64,000 nucleotides of DNA from Octopus vulgaris (GCA_951406725.2 OX597833.1:28086001-28150000), one strand, 5' to 3'; positions 13,303-27,248 are shown, counted from the first letter of the stretch. Program-made: numbers and translations. Notes: a model not told the origin generated them from the sequence alone.

Positions 13303-13577
13303 GAAGTAAAAAAAAAAAGGCTAAAGAAGGAGAAGAGTGTTTCACAGTAGATGCAAAACTGCAGTTTTTACTAAGAGAAAAATGAAGAAATAAACTATAA
13401 TAAAAAGGCACGAATTGTAGGAGGAAATGAAGTCTCATTCATACACACATGCACACACACACTACCACACACACATACAGACTTATGCACAGTAACACGA
13501 CCATCCCAATATATATATATAAATGTATGTGTGTGTGCGCGCATTCGCGTTGTGTGTATATTTGTACATATATGCAC

Positions 13578-13619
<42 letters not shown>

Positions 13620-13853
13620 GAGTGTATTTTACCTTGTTAACAATTAACACGGATAAATGAATGAATAGTTACCAGGGCAGCAAAATCTCACATATATATA
13701 TATATACATACGTACATACATATATATATAACGGGAAGCTTTATGAAAATAGACAAAAGACGAAGGCAGGTTTACGGAAATAAACAAAAGACGAAGGCAG
13801 GTGGAATACAAACAAACAATTGTATTAGTATGGCGCTCAGGAAATATAAATAA

Positions 13854-13900
<47 letters not shown>

Positions 13901-14196
13901 ATAAGAGTAAATAATTTCTATAAAGGCTTTTAAAAAAACCCCAATTATTTACTGGTAGAATTCGGTATGTAAATATAGCCGATTACCGGCAGGAACTTCC
14001 GTAAAGTTCAGTATATATATTGTATATAAGAAAAAGGGACAGGCAAAACAGGTTGCTTGACCGCATACCGAAAAAATAGAAATAGCAGTCAAGAATGCTT
14101 ATTTCTATCAAAGTTGGACTCCGGGCATGACAGACCCTGTAATTCACATATGCAAAACAGAAGGAATAGATAACGAATACGAAGTCTGGCGGTTAT

Positions 14197-14307
14197 CTGT
14201 GAACATCATGTTTCTGGATTATAAACATATTGAATATATATTCCATATATTTTTGATATATATTTCATATATATTGCAAATATATTTCACATCCTTCTTC
14301 AGCACAG
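14197..14307 (-). ncRNA. Type I hammerhead, array unit 1
   Basis: CUGUG-CUGAAGA-AGGAU[AU-rich extended stem]AUCCA-GAAA-CAUGAUG-UU-CACAG. Confidence 0.75.
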
Positions 14308-14812
14308 CTTTCTATTGAAAAAGATTTATCGTAGATTTATCAAATGCTACGTACCTCAAACCTTCTGACCATGCGACATCAAAATATTTGAAGAAAGTGA
14401 GCAAAGGCTAAACCTACATAGACGTTTGAATTCATAAATCTTCCCTCCAAAATTTTGCCATGCGCACTACAGTTAGGTTGTCAAAGGGAGTGAAAAATCC
14501 AAATAGTAATATAATGATAAGAGTAAATAATTTCTATAAAGGCTTTTAAAAAAACCCCAATTATTTACTGGTAGAATTCGGTATGTAAATATAGCCGATT
14601 ACCGGCAGGAACTTCCGTAAAGTTCAGTATATATATTGTATATAAGAAAAAGGGACAGGCAAAACAGGTTGCTTGACCGCATACCGAAAAAATAGAAATA
14701 GCAGTCAAGAATGCTTATTTCTATCAAAGTTGGACTCCGGGCATGACAGACCCTGTAATTCACATATGCAAAACAGAAGGAATAGATAACGAATACGAAG
14801 TCTGGCGGTTAT

Positions 14813-14923
14813 CTGTGAACATCATGTTTCTGGATTATAAACATATTGAATATATATTCCATATATTTTTGATATATATTTCATATATATTGCAAATATA
14901 TTTCACATCCTTCTTCAGCACAG
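14813..14923 (-). ncRNA. Type I hammerhead, array unit 2
   Basis: Identical to unit 1 (+616). Confidence 0.75.
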
Positions 14924-15428
14924 CTTTCCATTGAAAAAGATTTATCGTAGATTTATCAAATGCTACGTACCTCAAACCTTCTGACCATGCGACATCAAAA
15001 TATTTGAAGAAAGTGAGCAAAGGCTAAACCTACATAGACGTTTGAATTCATAAATCTTCCCTCCAAAATTTTGCCATGCGCACTACAGTTAGGTTGTCAA
15101 AGGGAGTGAAAAATCCAAATAGTAATATAATGATAAGAGTAAATAATTTCTATAAAGGCTTTTAAAAAAACCCCAATTATTTACTGGTAGAATTCGGTAT
15201 GTAAATATAGCCGATTACCGGCAGGAACTTCCGTAAAGTTCAGTATATATATTGTATATAAGAAAAAGGGACAGGCAAAACAGGTTGCTTGACCGCATAC
15301 CGAAAAAATAGAAATAGCAGTCAAGAATGCTTATTTCTATCAAAGTTGGACTCCGGGCATGACAGACCCTGTAATTCACATATGCAAAACAGAAGGAATA
15401 GATAACGAATACGAAGTCTGGCGGTTAT

Positions 15429-15539
15429 CTGTGAACATCATGTTTCTGGATTATAAACATATTGAATATATATTCCATATATTTTTGATATATATTTCAT
15501 ATATATTGCAAATATATTTCACATCCTTCTTCAGCACAG
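15429..15539 (-). ncRNA. Type I hammerhead, array unit 3
   Basis: Identical to unit 1 (+1232). Confidence 0.75.
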
Positions 15540-16077
15540 CTTTCCATTGAAAAAGATTTATCGTAGATTTATCAAATGCTACGTACCTCAAACCTTCTGA
15601 CCATGCGACATCAAAATATTTGAAGAAAGTGAGCAAAGGCTAAACCTACATAGACGTTTGAATTCATAAATCTTCCCTCCAAAATTTTGCCATGCGCACT
15701 ACAGTTAGGTTGTCAAAGGGAGTGAAAAATCCAAATAGTAATATAATGATAAGAGTAAATAATTTCTATAAAGGCTTTTAAAAAAACCCCAATTATTTAC
15801 TGGTAGAATTCGGTATGTAAATATAGCCGATTACCGGCAGGAACTTCCGTAAAGTTCAGTATATATATTGTATATAAGAAAAAGGGACAGGCAAAACAGG
15901 TTGCTTGACCGCATACCGAAAAAATAGAAATAGCAGTCAAGAATGCTTATTTCTATCAAAGTTGGACTCCGGGCATGACAGACCCTGTAATTCACATATG
16001 CAAAACAGAAGGAATAGATAACGAATACGAACAACCTGTGTTGCCTGTCCCTTTTTCTTATATATATATATATATAT

Positions 16078-16937
16078 AGGTTTCGGTGATAAACTGTCGT
16101 CTAAATTCCGCAAATATGAAAATAACACAGACATCTCATTTTAACAGATATATTTTCCAAAATTGCATGAAAATATCTTGAAATACTTGAAAAGTAAATT
16201 TATTCAATAAATTTGCCATTGGCTTCAACTACGGCCTCCATGCGACTTCGGAATCTGCCACAATTCTTCTGGGCGGCCTTCTTGTTTAAGTTGCTGAATG
16301 CTACTATAACCCTTGCCTTCAATTCATCTTTGTTGTTACAAGGAATTTTGTTGGACTCTTGCTCAACTGCGCCCCACACATAATAATCAATGAAGTTGCA
16401 GTCTGCGGAGTTAGGTGACCAGATGTTAGGGGTGATGTGGTCGCAGAAATTGTCTCACAGCCATGACTGAGTTCTCCTGCTTGTGTGGCATGATGCAGAG
16501 TCCTGTTGCCAGATATAGGGTCTTCCAGCAGCCACCCTCTTGACCCAGGGCAGCACTACCTCCTCCAGGCACTTAATGTAGGTCTCCGTGTTGGGTCTGC
16601 GGACGTGTGTGAAGATGAATGGAGGCATAACGTCGCCATTACTAGTGAACAATCCAAACAACATGATGTTGACTGGATGTTTGATTTTTATACGCTCGGT
16701 ACATGTCCTCAGATTGACACCTAAAAACTTTGAAATGTTCGTATTGGAACACCAAGCAGTACAGCATATCGTTTCCGAATTTCTAGCAGGGTGAATTGCG
16801 TCATGGTGCTGTTCTTCTCACAGACGGTGTCCAACTGACCCTACTATACTGTTTAGTCGACAAAATCAAAAACAAACAATGCGCATGAGTGAAATTAAAG
16901 ATATAAAATGGCGACAATTTACCCATCGCAGTCTCTG
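16078..16937 (-). mobile_element. Internally deleted Tc1/mariner-superfamily element (DD37D/maT-like)
   Basis: RPYIWQQDSASCHTS and WSPNSADCNFIDYYVWG motifs; degenerate TIRs (TAAACTGTCG / CGACAATTTA). Confidence 0.75.
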
Positions 16938-16961
16938 TGTGTGTGTGTGTGTGTGCGTGCC

Positions 16962-17017
<56 letters not shown>

Positions 17018-17252
17018 TGTGTCCGTGTGTATGAGAAATCTTTGTATAATCATTAAATTCTGCGCATCAATAAAAGTTCCAATCTACATTTAATTGTCTT
17101 ATTAATTTCTTAATTAAGTATTACTCACACACATACATACATACACAAATATACACACATGCACACATATGCACACACAAACACAAACAAATATCTGTCT
17201 ATTTCTCTGAAGAGAGAGACTGATATAGATAAACATATTATGTTTGCACGTG

Positions 17253-17283
<31 letters not shown>

Positions 17284-17287
<4 letters not shown>

Positions 17288-17630
17288 AATAATAAATCTC
17301 TGAACGAGATATAAACAGTAACTGCTCTATAACGTAAGGGGGGATCAGCCATCTGAATGTGGCTAGGGACAGGGCGGGGTGGTAGGGGTGTTACTGATGC
17401 TTTTAGCCCCAGGCGATCATCGACGTCACCAGAAGGACCGACACCATCTCGGTGTCCTTGTTAACCTGTAAAGGGAGATCATCCTCCCTCGAAGATACGA
17501 ATACTACATACGGACCGGTTTCGAGGTCATTGCCTCTTATCAACGTATGGTAAGCACCGTTATGGCTGATCCCCCTTACGTTATAGAGCAGTTACTGTTT
17601 ATATCTCGTTCAGAGATTTATTATTGTTTT
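17284..17630. mobile_element. Short pLTR-like element with ~68-bp inverted ends enclosing a hammerhead
   Basis: 17284-17352 is inverted at approximately 17562-17628; preceded by (TA)n. Confidence 0.7.
17507..17549 (-). ncRNA. Minimal type I hammerhead with U3-A8 core variant
   Basis: CAUACG-UUGAUAA-GAGG(CAAUGA)CCUC-GAAA-CCGG-UC-CGUAUG. Confidence 0.75.
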
Positions 17631-17646
17631 CGGACGGTTTTTCTAC

Positions 17647-17886
17647 AAAGTCTAAAAGTTGGAAACCGGTACGAAGATGTCCTTCATGATAAAATTATTT
17701 TAGCATTTTCTACCCTGACTTATTTTCCTTATACAAATCAACTCGCATGTTACTTTTCTACCTTCTAGAAGGTAGAAAAGTAACATGCGAGTTGATTTGT
17801 ATAAGGAAAATAAGACAGGGTAGAAAATGCTAAAATAATTTTATCATGAAGGACATCTTCGTACCGGTTTCCCACCTTTAGACTTT
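17647..17886. repeat. Near-perfect loopless palindrome, 120-bp arms; diverged third copy at approximately 17930-18013
   Basis: Centre TTCTAGAA at 17766/17767; arms contain GAAACCGGTA. Confidence 0.9.
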
Positions 17887-18010
17887 TTCAACTAAGGGTA
17901 AAATAAGAAAAACAATTAAATTAGTTGAAAAAGTCTAAAAGACGGAAACTGGTATTAATATGTACTTCGTGATACAAATTATTTTAGCATTTTCTACCCA
18001 GTCTTATTTT

Positions 18011-18044
<34 letters not shown>

Positions 18045-18128
18045 GGTCCCGGGTTGATTCGGGGTTAACCACAGTAAATAAGGTACTCAATACATAGCAG
18101 AGTAAAATTAATTTATTATATAGAAGGA

Positions 18129-18177
18129 GCTTCTACAGGACTAGAACTGTTTCATTCAAGAGAAATCTTCAGGAAGC
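18129..18177 (-). ncRNA. Type I hammerhead (mirror copy in palindrome 18111-18254)
   Basis: Reverse complement of 18188-18236; 5-bp helix I. Confidence 0.7.
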
Positions 18178-18183
18178 ATCTTC

Positions 18184-18240
18184 AGGAGCTTCCTGAAGAT
18201 TTCTCTTGAATGAAACAGTTCTAGTCCTGTAGAAGCTCCT
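18184..18240 (+). ncRNA. Type I hammerhead
   Basis: AGGAGCUUC-CUGAAGA-U-UUC(UCUU)GAA-U-GAAA-CAG(UUCUAGUC)CUG-UA-GAAGCUCCU. 9-bp helix I, GUA site. Confidence 0.8.
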
Positions 18241-18248
18241 TCTATATA

Positions 18249-18330
<82 letters not shown>

Positions 18331-18710
18331 GTACATATATATATATACATAAATGTTTATATATATTCATATATATATACATATATACATGTATATTATA
18401 TATATAATATATGTTATATATTTTTATTCATATGCATATATATATATATAGGATATTTATACATATGATATATATGTGTGTGTGTAAGTAAGTATTATAT
18501 GTATGTGTGTGTATGTGCATGTGTGTGCCTGTGTATGCATATATAAAGTTTGAAGGATGGATTGATAGATAAACAAATCTGTAACTTTTGCATATACAAA
18601 CACACACATACATACGCACACACATACATCTGTGTGTGCATATCTTTGAGTCCATATATACATATATTTCTACACACATATATACCTACCTACCTACATA
18701 CATGCATACA

Positions 18711-18743
<33 letters not shown>

Positions 18744-19053
18744 GCATTCATATATACACGCAAACATACATACACACACTACACATAGATACATGCATAG
18801 AACGACAAAAACAACATCTTGAGTAGCTAAACGAGAGAAAACGTAAAAACCTGAAAGCAAACCTTCTAGAAAATTCTAATTGGTCCGGTGAGAGAGCCAG
18901 TTGTTGTCAACGTAAAGTTAGGAATCAATTAGACCGGAGGCAGTGGTGGCTAACTTCAGCCCCAGAGACTTTCTACCGTGGACAATATGGCGGACACGAT
19001 TTGAATCTCGGCTTTAGCTACACTCTGCTGTTGTTGTTGCTGTTATTGTTGTT

Positions 19054-19354
19054 GTGGTGGTGGTGGTGGTGGTGGTGGTGGTGGTAGCGGCGGCAGCGGC
19101 GGCAGCGGCGGCAGCGGCGGCAGCGGCGGCAGCGGCGGCAGCGGCGGCAGCGGCGGCAGCGGTGGCAGCGGCAGCGGCGGCAGCGGCGGCAGCGGCGGCA
19201 GCGGCGGCAGCGGCGGCAGCGGCGGCAGCGGCGGCAGCGGCGGCGCGGCGGCAGCGGTGGCAGCGGTGGCGCGGTGGCAGCGGCGGTGGCGGTGGCAGCG
19301 GCGGTGGCGGTGGCGGCGGTGGCAGCGGCGGTGGCGGTGGCGGGCGGTGGCGGT

Positions 19355-19414
<60 letters not shown>

Positions 19415-19420
19415 GGCGGT

Positions 19421-19492
<72 letters not shown>

Positions 19493-19530
19493 GGCGGCGG
19501 TGGAGGCGGCGGTGGCGGTGGCGGTCGGTG
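19054..19530. repeat. Compound GC-rich triplet repeat (GTG)n-(GCGGCGGCA)n-(GCG/GTG)n
   Basis: Direct reading. Confidence 0.95.
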
Positions 19531-19945
19531 GTCTTTTAGTTGGGTTTATTTCTTTTGTCGCTTGTTTTATTTGGAAATGTTTAATTTTGATTCATATATT
19601 TTTTAGAAAACCCATGTTTGTGAGGGAGTGTAAAAGGGGAGAGAGAGAGAGCGAGAGAGAGAGAGAAGGAAAATACGCAAAAAAGAAAGGCTGATGGTGT
19701 ATGAAAGGGTAGGAAGGGACACATACATACGATATAGAATATGAAAGGGGAATGGTTAGGGTGTGTTATGGTGGTGGTAGTGGTGGTGGTGGTGGTGGTG
19801 GTGGTGGTGGTGGTGGTACCGCTGCTGTTACTGCTGACGGTGTTGCTGCTGCTATTGCTGTTGAGGCTACAGTCGGAAATGAAGAAGAAGAAGAAGAAGA
19901 AGAAGAAGAACAACAACAACAACAACAACAACAACAAGAAAGAAA

Positions 19946-19978
<33 letters not shown>

Positions 19979-20527
19979 CACCCACCCACCCATACCTCCC
20001 ACCGTAAAAACACATCATAGTTCTGTCATATTTTTCGTCTTCCATTACTGATTTTTGATATATTCAAGAAATGCTGCTGACATAAAAAGTTTGGGGTTTG
20101 GAAATTGATGTTTTAGCAAATCTCCGCGGTCTGCCTCAGACGCTGTAGAGCGGGTAAACTGTTCCATTAGATATTGTTGTGTGGCCGGTTTGTTAAGGAT
20201 ATGGAGGTGACAGAGGCGGAAAGAGAGGCGGTCGAGGCGGCAAGACACAAGAGCATGATGGCTTGATGTCGTCGTCGCCGTCGTTGTCGTCGGCAGTAGC
20301 GGCGCTAGCCTTTATGATGATGGCGTAATAGAGTCCGATGGGACTCTATTTACTCCACTAAAAAACCCATCCGCCACTGCAAACCTCGCCGCCTACAGCC
20401 ATCTACGTTACCTTCCTCTAGTCCACAGCCACAATTGTCGAAGCTTGCTCCAGAAAATCTCCTTGTAAATAAACTCAAACACGCATACACACGGACTCAT
20501 ACACTCATAAACACACGCTTCAATATA

Positions 20528-20570
<43 letters not shown>

Positions 20571-20761
20571 ATATATATGCATGTACACACAGGTGCGCGC
20601 ATATTTATACTTATTGGTTATGCCTTAACCCATAAATACTTTTTGTCCGCCAATGCGGTTCGATATTAACGTATATGTATGTATATATGTATGTGTGTAC
20701 ATGAATGTGTGTGTACATGTGTGTGTATGTAAGCATGTATATATATAATCTATGTAGATAT

Positions 20762-21138
20762 GTAGGAGCACTCCGTCGGCTGCGACGATGAGGGTCCCAG
20801 CTGATACGATCAGCGGAACAGCTTGCTCGTGATATTAACGTGCAAGTGGCTGAGCACTCCACAGACACGTGTACCCTTAACGTAGTTGTCCGGGATATAC
20901 AGCGTGACACAGAGAGTGACAAGGCCGGCCCTTTGAAATACAGGTACAACAGAAACAGGAAGTAAGTGTGAGAGAAAGTTGTGGTGAAAGAGTACAGCAG
21001 GGTTCACCACCATCCCCTGCCGGAGCCTCGTGGAGCTTTAGGTGTTTTCGCTCAATAAACACTCACAATGCCCGGTCTGGGAATCGAAACCGCGATCTTC
21101 CGACCGCGAGTCCGCTGCCCTAACCACTGGGCCATTGT
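20762..21138 (-). mobile_element. tRNA-derived SINE
   Basis: Minus-strand head TGGCCCAGTGGTTAGG (A box) ... GGTTTCGATTCC (B box), followed by a ~300-bp non-tRNA body. Confidence 0.85.
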
Positions 21139-21178
21139 AGATAAATAGATAGACAGACACACGCACATACAGACAGAA

Positions 21179-21306
<128 letters not shown>

Positions 21307-21359
21307 TATTATGTGTGTGTGTATATATCCATTATTAGCGACGAAAGTAGTATTAGTTC

Positions 21360-22005
21360 AACATAACATTCTGTATATCATATTTGACACAAATATACTG
21401 TTGAAAACCTTGAACCTGCGGTATTGATCTGCAGAAAGCATCTCGTATGGACCTACAGTGTTAACAAAGCACGGAAATGTTCCAGTAGCTGAAGAAAAGT
21501 CTTTAGCAGTTGTGATAGAATTGCTAAATATTGATATCAGCTACTTGCAGCGTCATCAGTAACAAGCATTCATTATCAACTGTGTTTTTTAAGTGTTGTA
21601 CGTCCATACAAGATGGTTTCTTGAGACAAACAACTCGGTTTCTAGATGTTCAGCAGTATATCTGCGTAAAGTATGACACACATATTGCTATTTTGAACTA
21701 ATATTTCCTCTGTCTCGAGTAACAAGTCTTTATCCAGTCTGCCTCGCTGTTTTTCTAAACCAGTAGATGTCAAATTGGTTAAATCTGTCTTGACATGCGG
21801 TATTAGTGAATGCTTGCTACTGATGATGCTCAAAGAAGCAGAAATGCGTATTTAGCAATTCCACGAACACTGCCAGACATTTTTCATCTACTACTGCTAC
21901 ATTTCTAATGTTTTTATAACACTGTACGTCCGTACGAGATGTTTTCTCGAGACCAGTACCACAGTTTCCAGGTTTTCAACAGTATATCTGCGTTAAGTAC
22001 GATAT
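21360..22005. mobile_element. Old pLTR-like inverted/tandem structure just upstream of a Penelope-like RT remnant
   Basis: Approximately 21375-21575 is a diverged inverse of approximately 21803-22003; 21595-21675 is a direct repeat of 21922-22000; two opposed hammerheads. Confidence 0.65.
21814..21858 (+). ncRNA. Minimal type I hammerhead
   Basis: UUGCUA-CUGAUGA-UGCU(CAAAGA)AGCA-GAAA-UGCGUA-UU-UAGCAA. Degenerate inverse copy at 21521-21565. Confidence 0.8.
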
Positions 22006-22109
22006 TCAAAATTACATATATATATGTGAGGATATCCATAAATTCTGTCGTAAGTTACATGTAGAATTCTTCACTAATAAAAGTAATGAGATTGATGAAT
22101 CCCTAGTAA

Positions 22110-24194
<2,085 letters not shown>

Positions 24195-24266
24195 TACTAA
24201 TATTTAGAGGTACTATTTCTACTGATACGACCACTACCACTAACAACAAATGTTCTCATGATGTGT

Positions 24267-24435
24267 GCGTAGGAGTGGTAAGTAGCTTGCTTAACAACCA
24301 CATGGCTCTTCCGGGTTCAGTCTTACTGCGTGGCACCTTGGTCAAGTGTCTTCTACTATTGCCTCGGGCCGACCAAAGCCTTGTGAGTGAATTTGGTAGA
24401 CAGAAACTGAAAAAAGCCCGTCGTGTATGTGTGTG

Positions 24436-24504
<69 letters not shown>

Positions 24505-24746
24505 ATGTATGTATGTATGTATGTATGCGTATATGTTTGTGTGTCTGTGTTTGTACCCCCTACATCGCTTGACAACCGATGCTGGTGTGTTTACGTCCCC
24601 GTAACTTAGCGGTTCGGCAAAAGAGACCGATAGAATCAGTACTAGGCTTACAAAGAATAAGTCCCAGAGTCGATTTGCTCGACTAAATGCGTTGCTCCAG
24701 TATGGCCGCAGTCAAATGACTGAAACAAGGAAAAGAGCAAAAGAGT
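24267..24746 (+). mobile_element. Full-length tRNA-derived SINE with internal microsatellite
   Basis: Homologous to 23173-23632; AAAAGAG-type tail. Confidence 0.9.
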
Positions 24747-24874
24747 ATGATGATGATAGCAGAAAAATACTAGTTAAGTCAAGAGAAAAGTCAGTAAAAA
24801 TAATCTTATTTGGGGTTTAAAGTTCTATTACCATTGCTACTCCTACCACCATCACCACCAACGACAACAATAAT

Positions 24875-25490
24875 AAAGTTTCTCGATGACAAGCGCCAAC
24901 CTCTTGGCTAACACCTTGGCCAACATTTTCAAATCTGCATTGAGCAGAGTGATGGGCCTAAAGTTATCTATTACATACCCCTTGTTTGGATCTTTCTTCA
25001 GCAGCGTTACGGCTCCTCGGCTCACAAAACCGGGGATGCTCCCATTTTGCTGCCAGTTGCAGAACACTGCTGCCAAGACGTCTCCAAACAAGTCTGGCAT
25101 ACAGCTCGTAGGGTAGACCATCCAAACCCGGCGATTTGTCCTTCGAGCATTCTGCCATCGCGTTCCGCACTTCGGCCGTCGTGATGGCACCTTCGCAGCC
25201 CTCTGCCTCTCTTGTCGAGAGTCGTGGCAGATTGTGCAGGAAGGCACTGAAGTCCACCCTACGTTCTCGCTCGCCACTCGTCCCGAACAGTCGGGCAAAA
25301 TGTTGTTGAAAGGCCTCACACATTTTACTTGGCTCGAGTAATTCGCGCCCATGTTCATCTATCAGAGACCGAATGGTGGCTTTGTTGCCCTGTTGCGCCT
25401 CCGCCACCCGGGGCCTCTCGCGCGGCTCCAGCACCTTCATTCCTTAGAGCACGCACCCTAGCCCTGACAACACACCCTTCGTGTTTGGCG
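24875..25490 (-). pseudogene. L1/Tx1-type LINE ORF2 fragment
   Basis: KSPGLDGLPYE; GAVTLLKK..NFRPITLLNADLKMLAKVLAKRL. Confidence 0.85.
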
Positions 25491-25615
25491 TAACTGGTAC
25501 TTATTTAATCGACTCCGAAAGGATGAAAGTCTAAGTCGACCTCGGAACCTAACGGCAGACGAAATACGCTAAGCATTTCGCACGGCGTACTAACGATTCT
25601 GCCAGCTCGCCACCC
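25491..25615 (-). mobile_element. SINE 5' fragment (separate SINE family; copies approximately 33447-33580 +, 36040-36228 -, 42530-42645 -)
   Basis: Head GGCGAGCTGGCAGAATCGTTAG and shared CTTTCATCCTTTCGGRGTCGAT..AAGTACCAGT domain. Confidence 0.7.
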
Positions 25616-25710
25616 TTAATATTAATAACAATCAGGAGGCGGATAATTCATGCATCTCGACTTTATTTCCTCATACGTTTTGGTGATTTAATTATAATTA
25701 TATTGATTAA

Positions 25711-25960
25711 AACGAGACATGCAACATAAAGAATATTCCCCTTCTTCAGTTGTCCCTGTTTCATCTACTCCTTGCCTTCGAACCGTGGAGTAGATGAGAC
25801 AGGGACAACTGAAGAAGGGGAATGTTCTTTATGTTGCATGTCTCGTTTCTCTGTTTGTCTTTTTCGTTGTTCAAAAAAAGTTCGTTTTCTATGTTTTTGT
25901 TTTTATGTTTTCGTTTCTCATTGTGTTCAACGTTAATTTGATGTCCTATACCCATATATA
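25711..25960 (+). mobile_element. Family A copy with 5' fold-back (25711-25849), interrupted by mariner and continuing at approximately 27249-27330
   Basis: ~60-bp inverted arms; family A sequence resumes immediately after the mariner. Confidence 0.75.
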
Positions 25961-27248
25961 CGAGGGGCGTTCAATAAGTAATGCCCCTGACCCACTTCCC
26001 ATAGCAGTAGAGCAACGAAACTTGGCACAGTTATTAGTCTTTTTCTACATAGGAACCACCCAGAGTTACGCATTTCTCCCATCGTTTGATGCAGCTCTGA
26101 AGACCGTTTCTGTAGAAGACAGCTTGGTCCTCCAGCCACGACGTGACTTCAGAAATCAAGGCTGCATCATCTGGGAAACGCTTTCCTTTCAAAAACAACT
26201 TCATGGCTGGGAAGAGGTGAAAATCAGAAGGTGCAAGGTCAGAAGAGTAGGGGGATGGGGGAGGAGTTCATAGCCGCACGCCTGTGCTTCTGATTTGGCG
26301 ACACGCGAGTTGTGGACCAGAGCGTTGTCCTGCAGGAGGAGGATGCCTTTGCTGATCTTGCCCCGCCTCTTGATTTTGATAGCTTCTCTTAATTTCCTCA
26401 AAAGTGAAGCATAATAGGCTCCTGTAATTGTGGCACCATTTGCCAGGAAATCTGTCATCACTACTCCGTCCTGGTCCCAGAAGACTGTGAGCATGACCTT
26501 GCCAGCGGAGGGCTGCACCCTTGCCTTCTTTGGAGGAGGGGAGTCACGGTGCTTCCACTGCATTGACTGGGCTTTGGTCTCTGGATCATAGTGATGGACC
26601 CAGGTTTCATCCTGTGTAATCAGTCTTTTGAAAAATTTTGACTCATCTTCTTTGCACATCCCCAAATTCATCCTCGAGCAATCGACGCGTTCTTGCTTCT
26701 GGAAAGGCGTGAGCAACCTGGGAATCCATCTGGCAGACACCTTTTGCATATGCAAATGGTCATGAATGATAGTTTCCACAGACCCGGTACTAATATTGAC
26801 CTCATGGGCTATTTCGCGAATAGTTATGCGTCGATCTTCCAAAATGGCAGCCTCAACTTGACGGACAGATGCCTCATCAATGGCAGAAGGAGGCGACCAG
26901 ATCTGGGAGCTGTTTCCACCGAGTTCCAACCATGTTTGAATTCACGATGCCAGCGTTTTACAAGGTCATATGATGGGGCATTATCACAATAAGTTACTTT
27001 CATTTCATCAAAAGTCTCCCGTGGTGTGCGTCCTTTCAAATACAAAAACCGGATCACTGCTCGACATTCAACAGACTCCATTTCACACGTGACTCATTTC
27101 AAACACCTGTAAATCAGAAACCACAATTAGTTTAGAGCTGTAATTTGCCACTTACTCTATAGAGATATAAGTAATTGCACACGCAAAATTTCAGCTAGAT
27201 CGAACAACTTCAAGTGGATCAGGGGCATTACTTATTGAACGCCCCTCG
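25961..27248 (-). mobile_element. Full-length mariner (DD34D) transposon, transposase frameshifted
   Basis: ~37-bp TIRs CGAGGGGCGTTCAATAAGTAATGCCCCTGA, TA target duplication; WIPRLL, TQDETW, LLQDNA motifs. Confidence 0.95.

Larger units (their letters stand above)
13899..16031 (-). repeat. 616-bp tandem array (3 full units plus 285-bp partial), hammerhead-bearing, retrozyme/pLTR-like
   Basis: Units start at 13899, 14515, 15131 and 15747 and are nearly identical. A short inverted copy lies at 16032-16064, with (TA)n on both flanks. Confidence 0.95.

Noticed and set aside
14127-15636. 63-aa and 61-aa ORFs repeated in the 616-bp array
   Set aside because: Short, AT-rich, no recognisable motif; repetition just reflects the array.
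19054-19694. Poly-Ala/Gly/Arg ORFs
   Set aside because: All three frames are open simply because the triplet repeat lacks stops; no splice or domain evidence.
20045-20470. Possible coding exon in CpG-rich sequence
   Set aside because: No consistent frame with splice sites or a recognisable protein.
21070-21138. tRNA gene
   Set aside because: A and B boxes are present but they continue into a SINE body; this is a SINE head.
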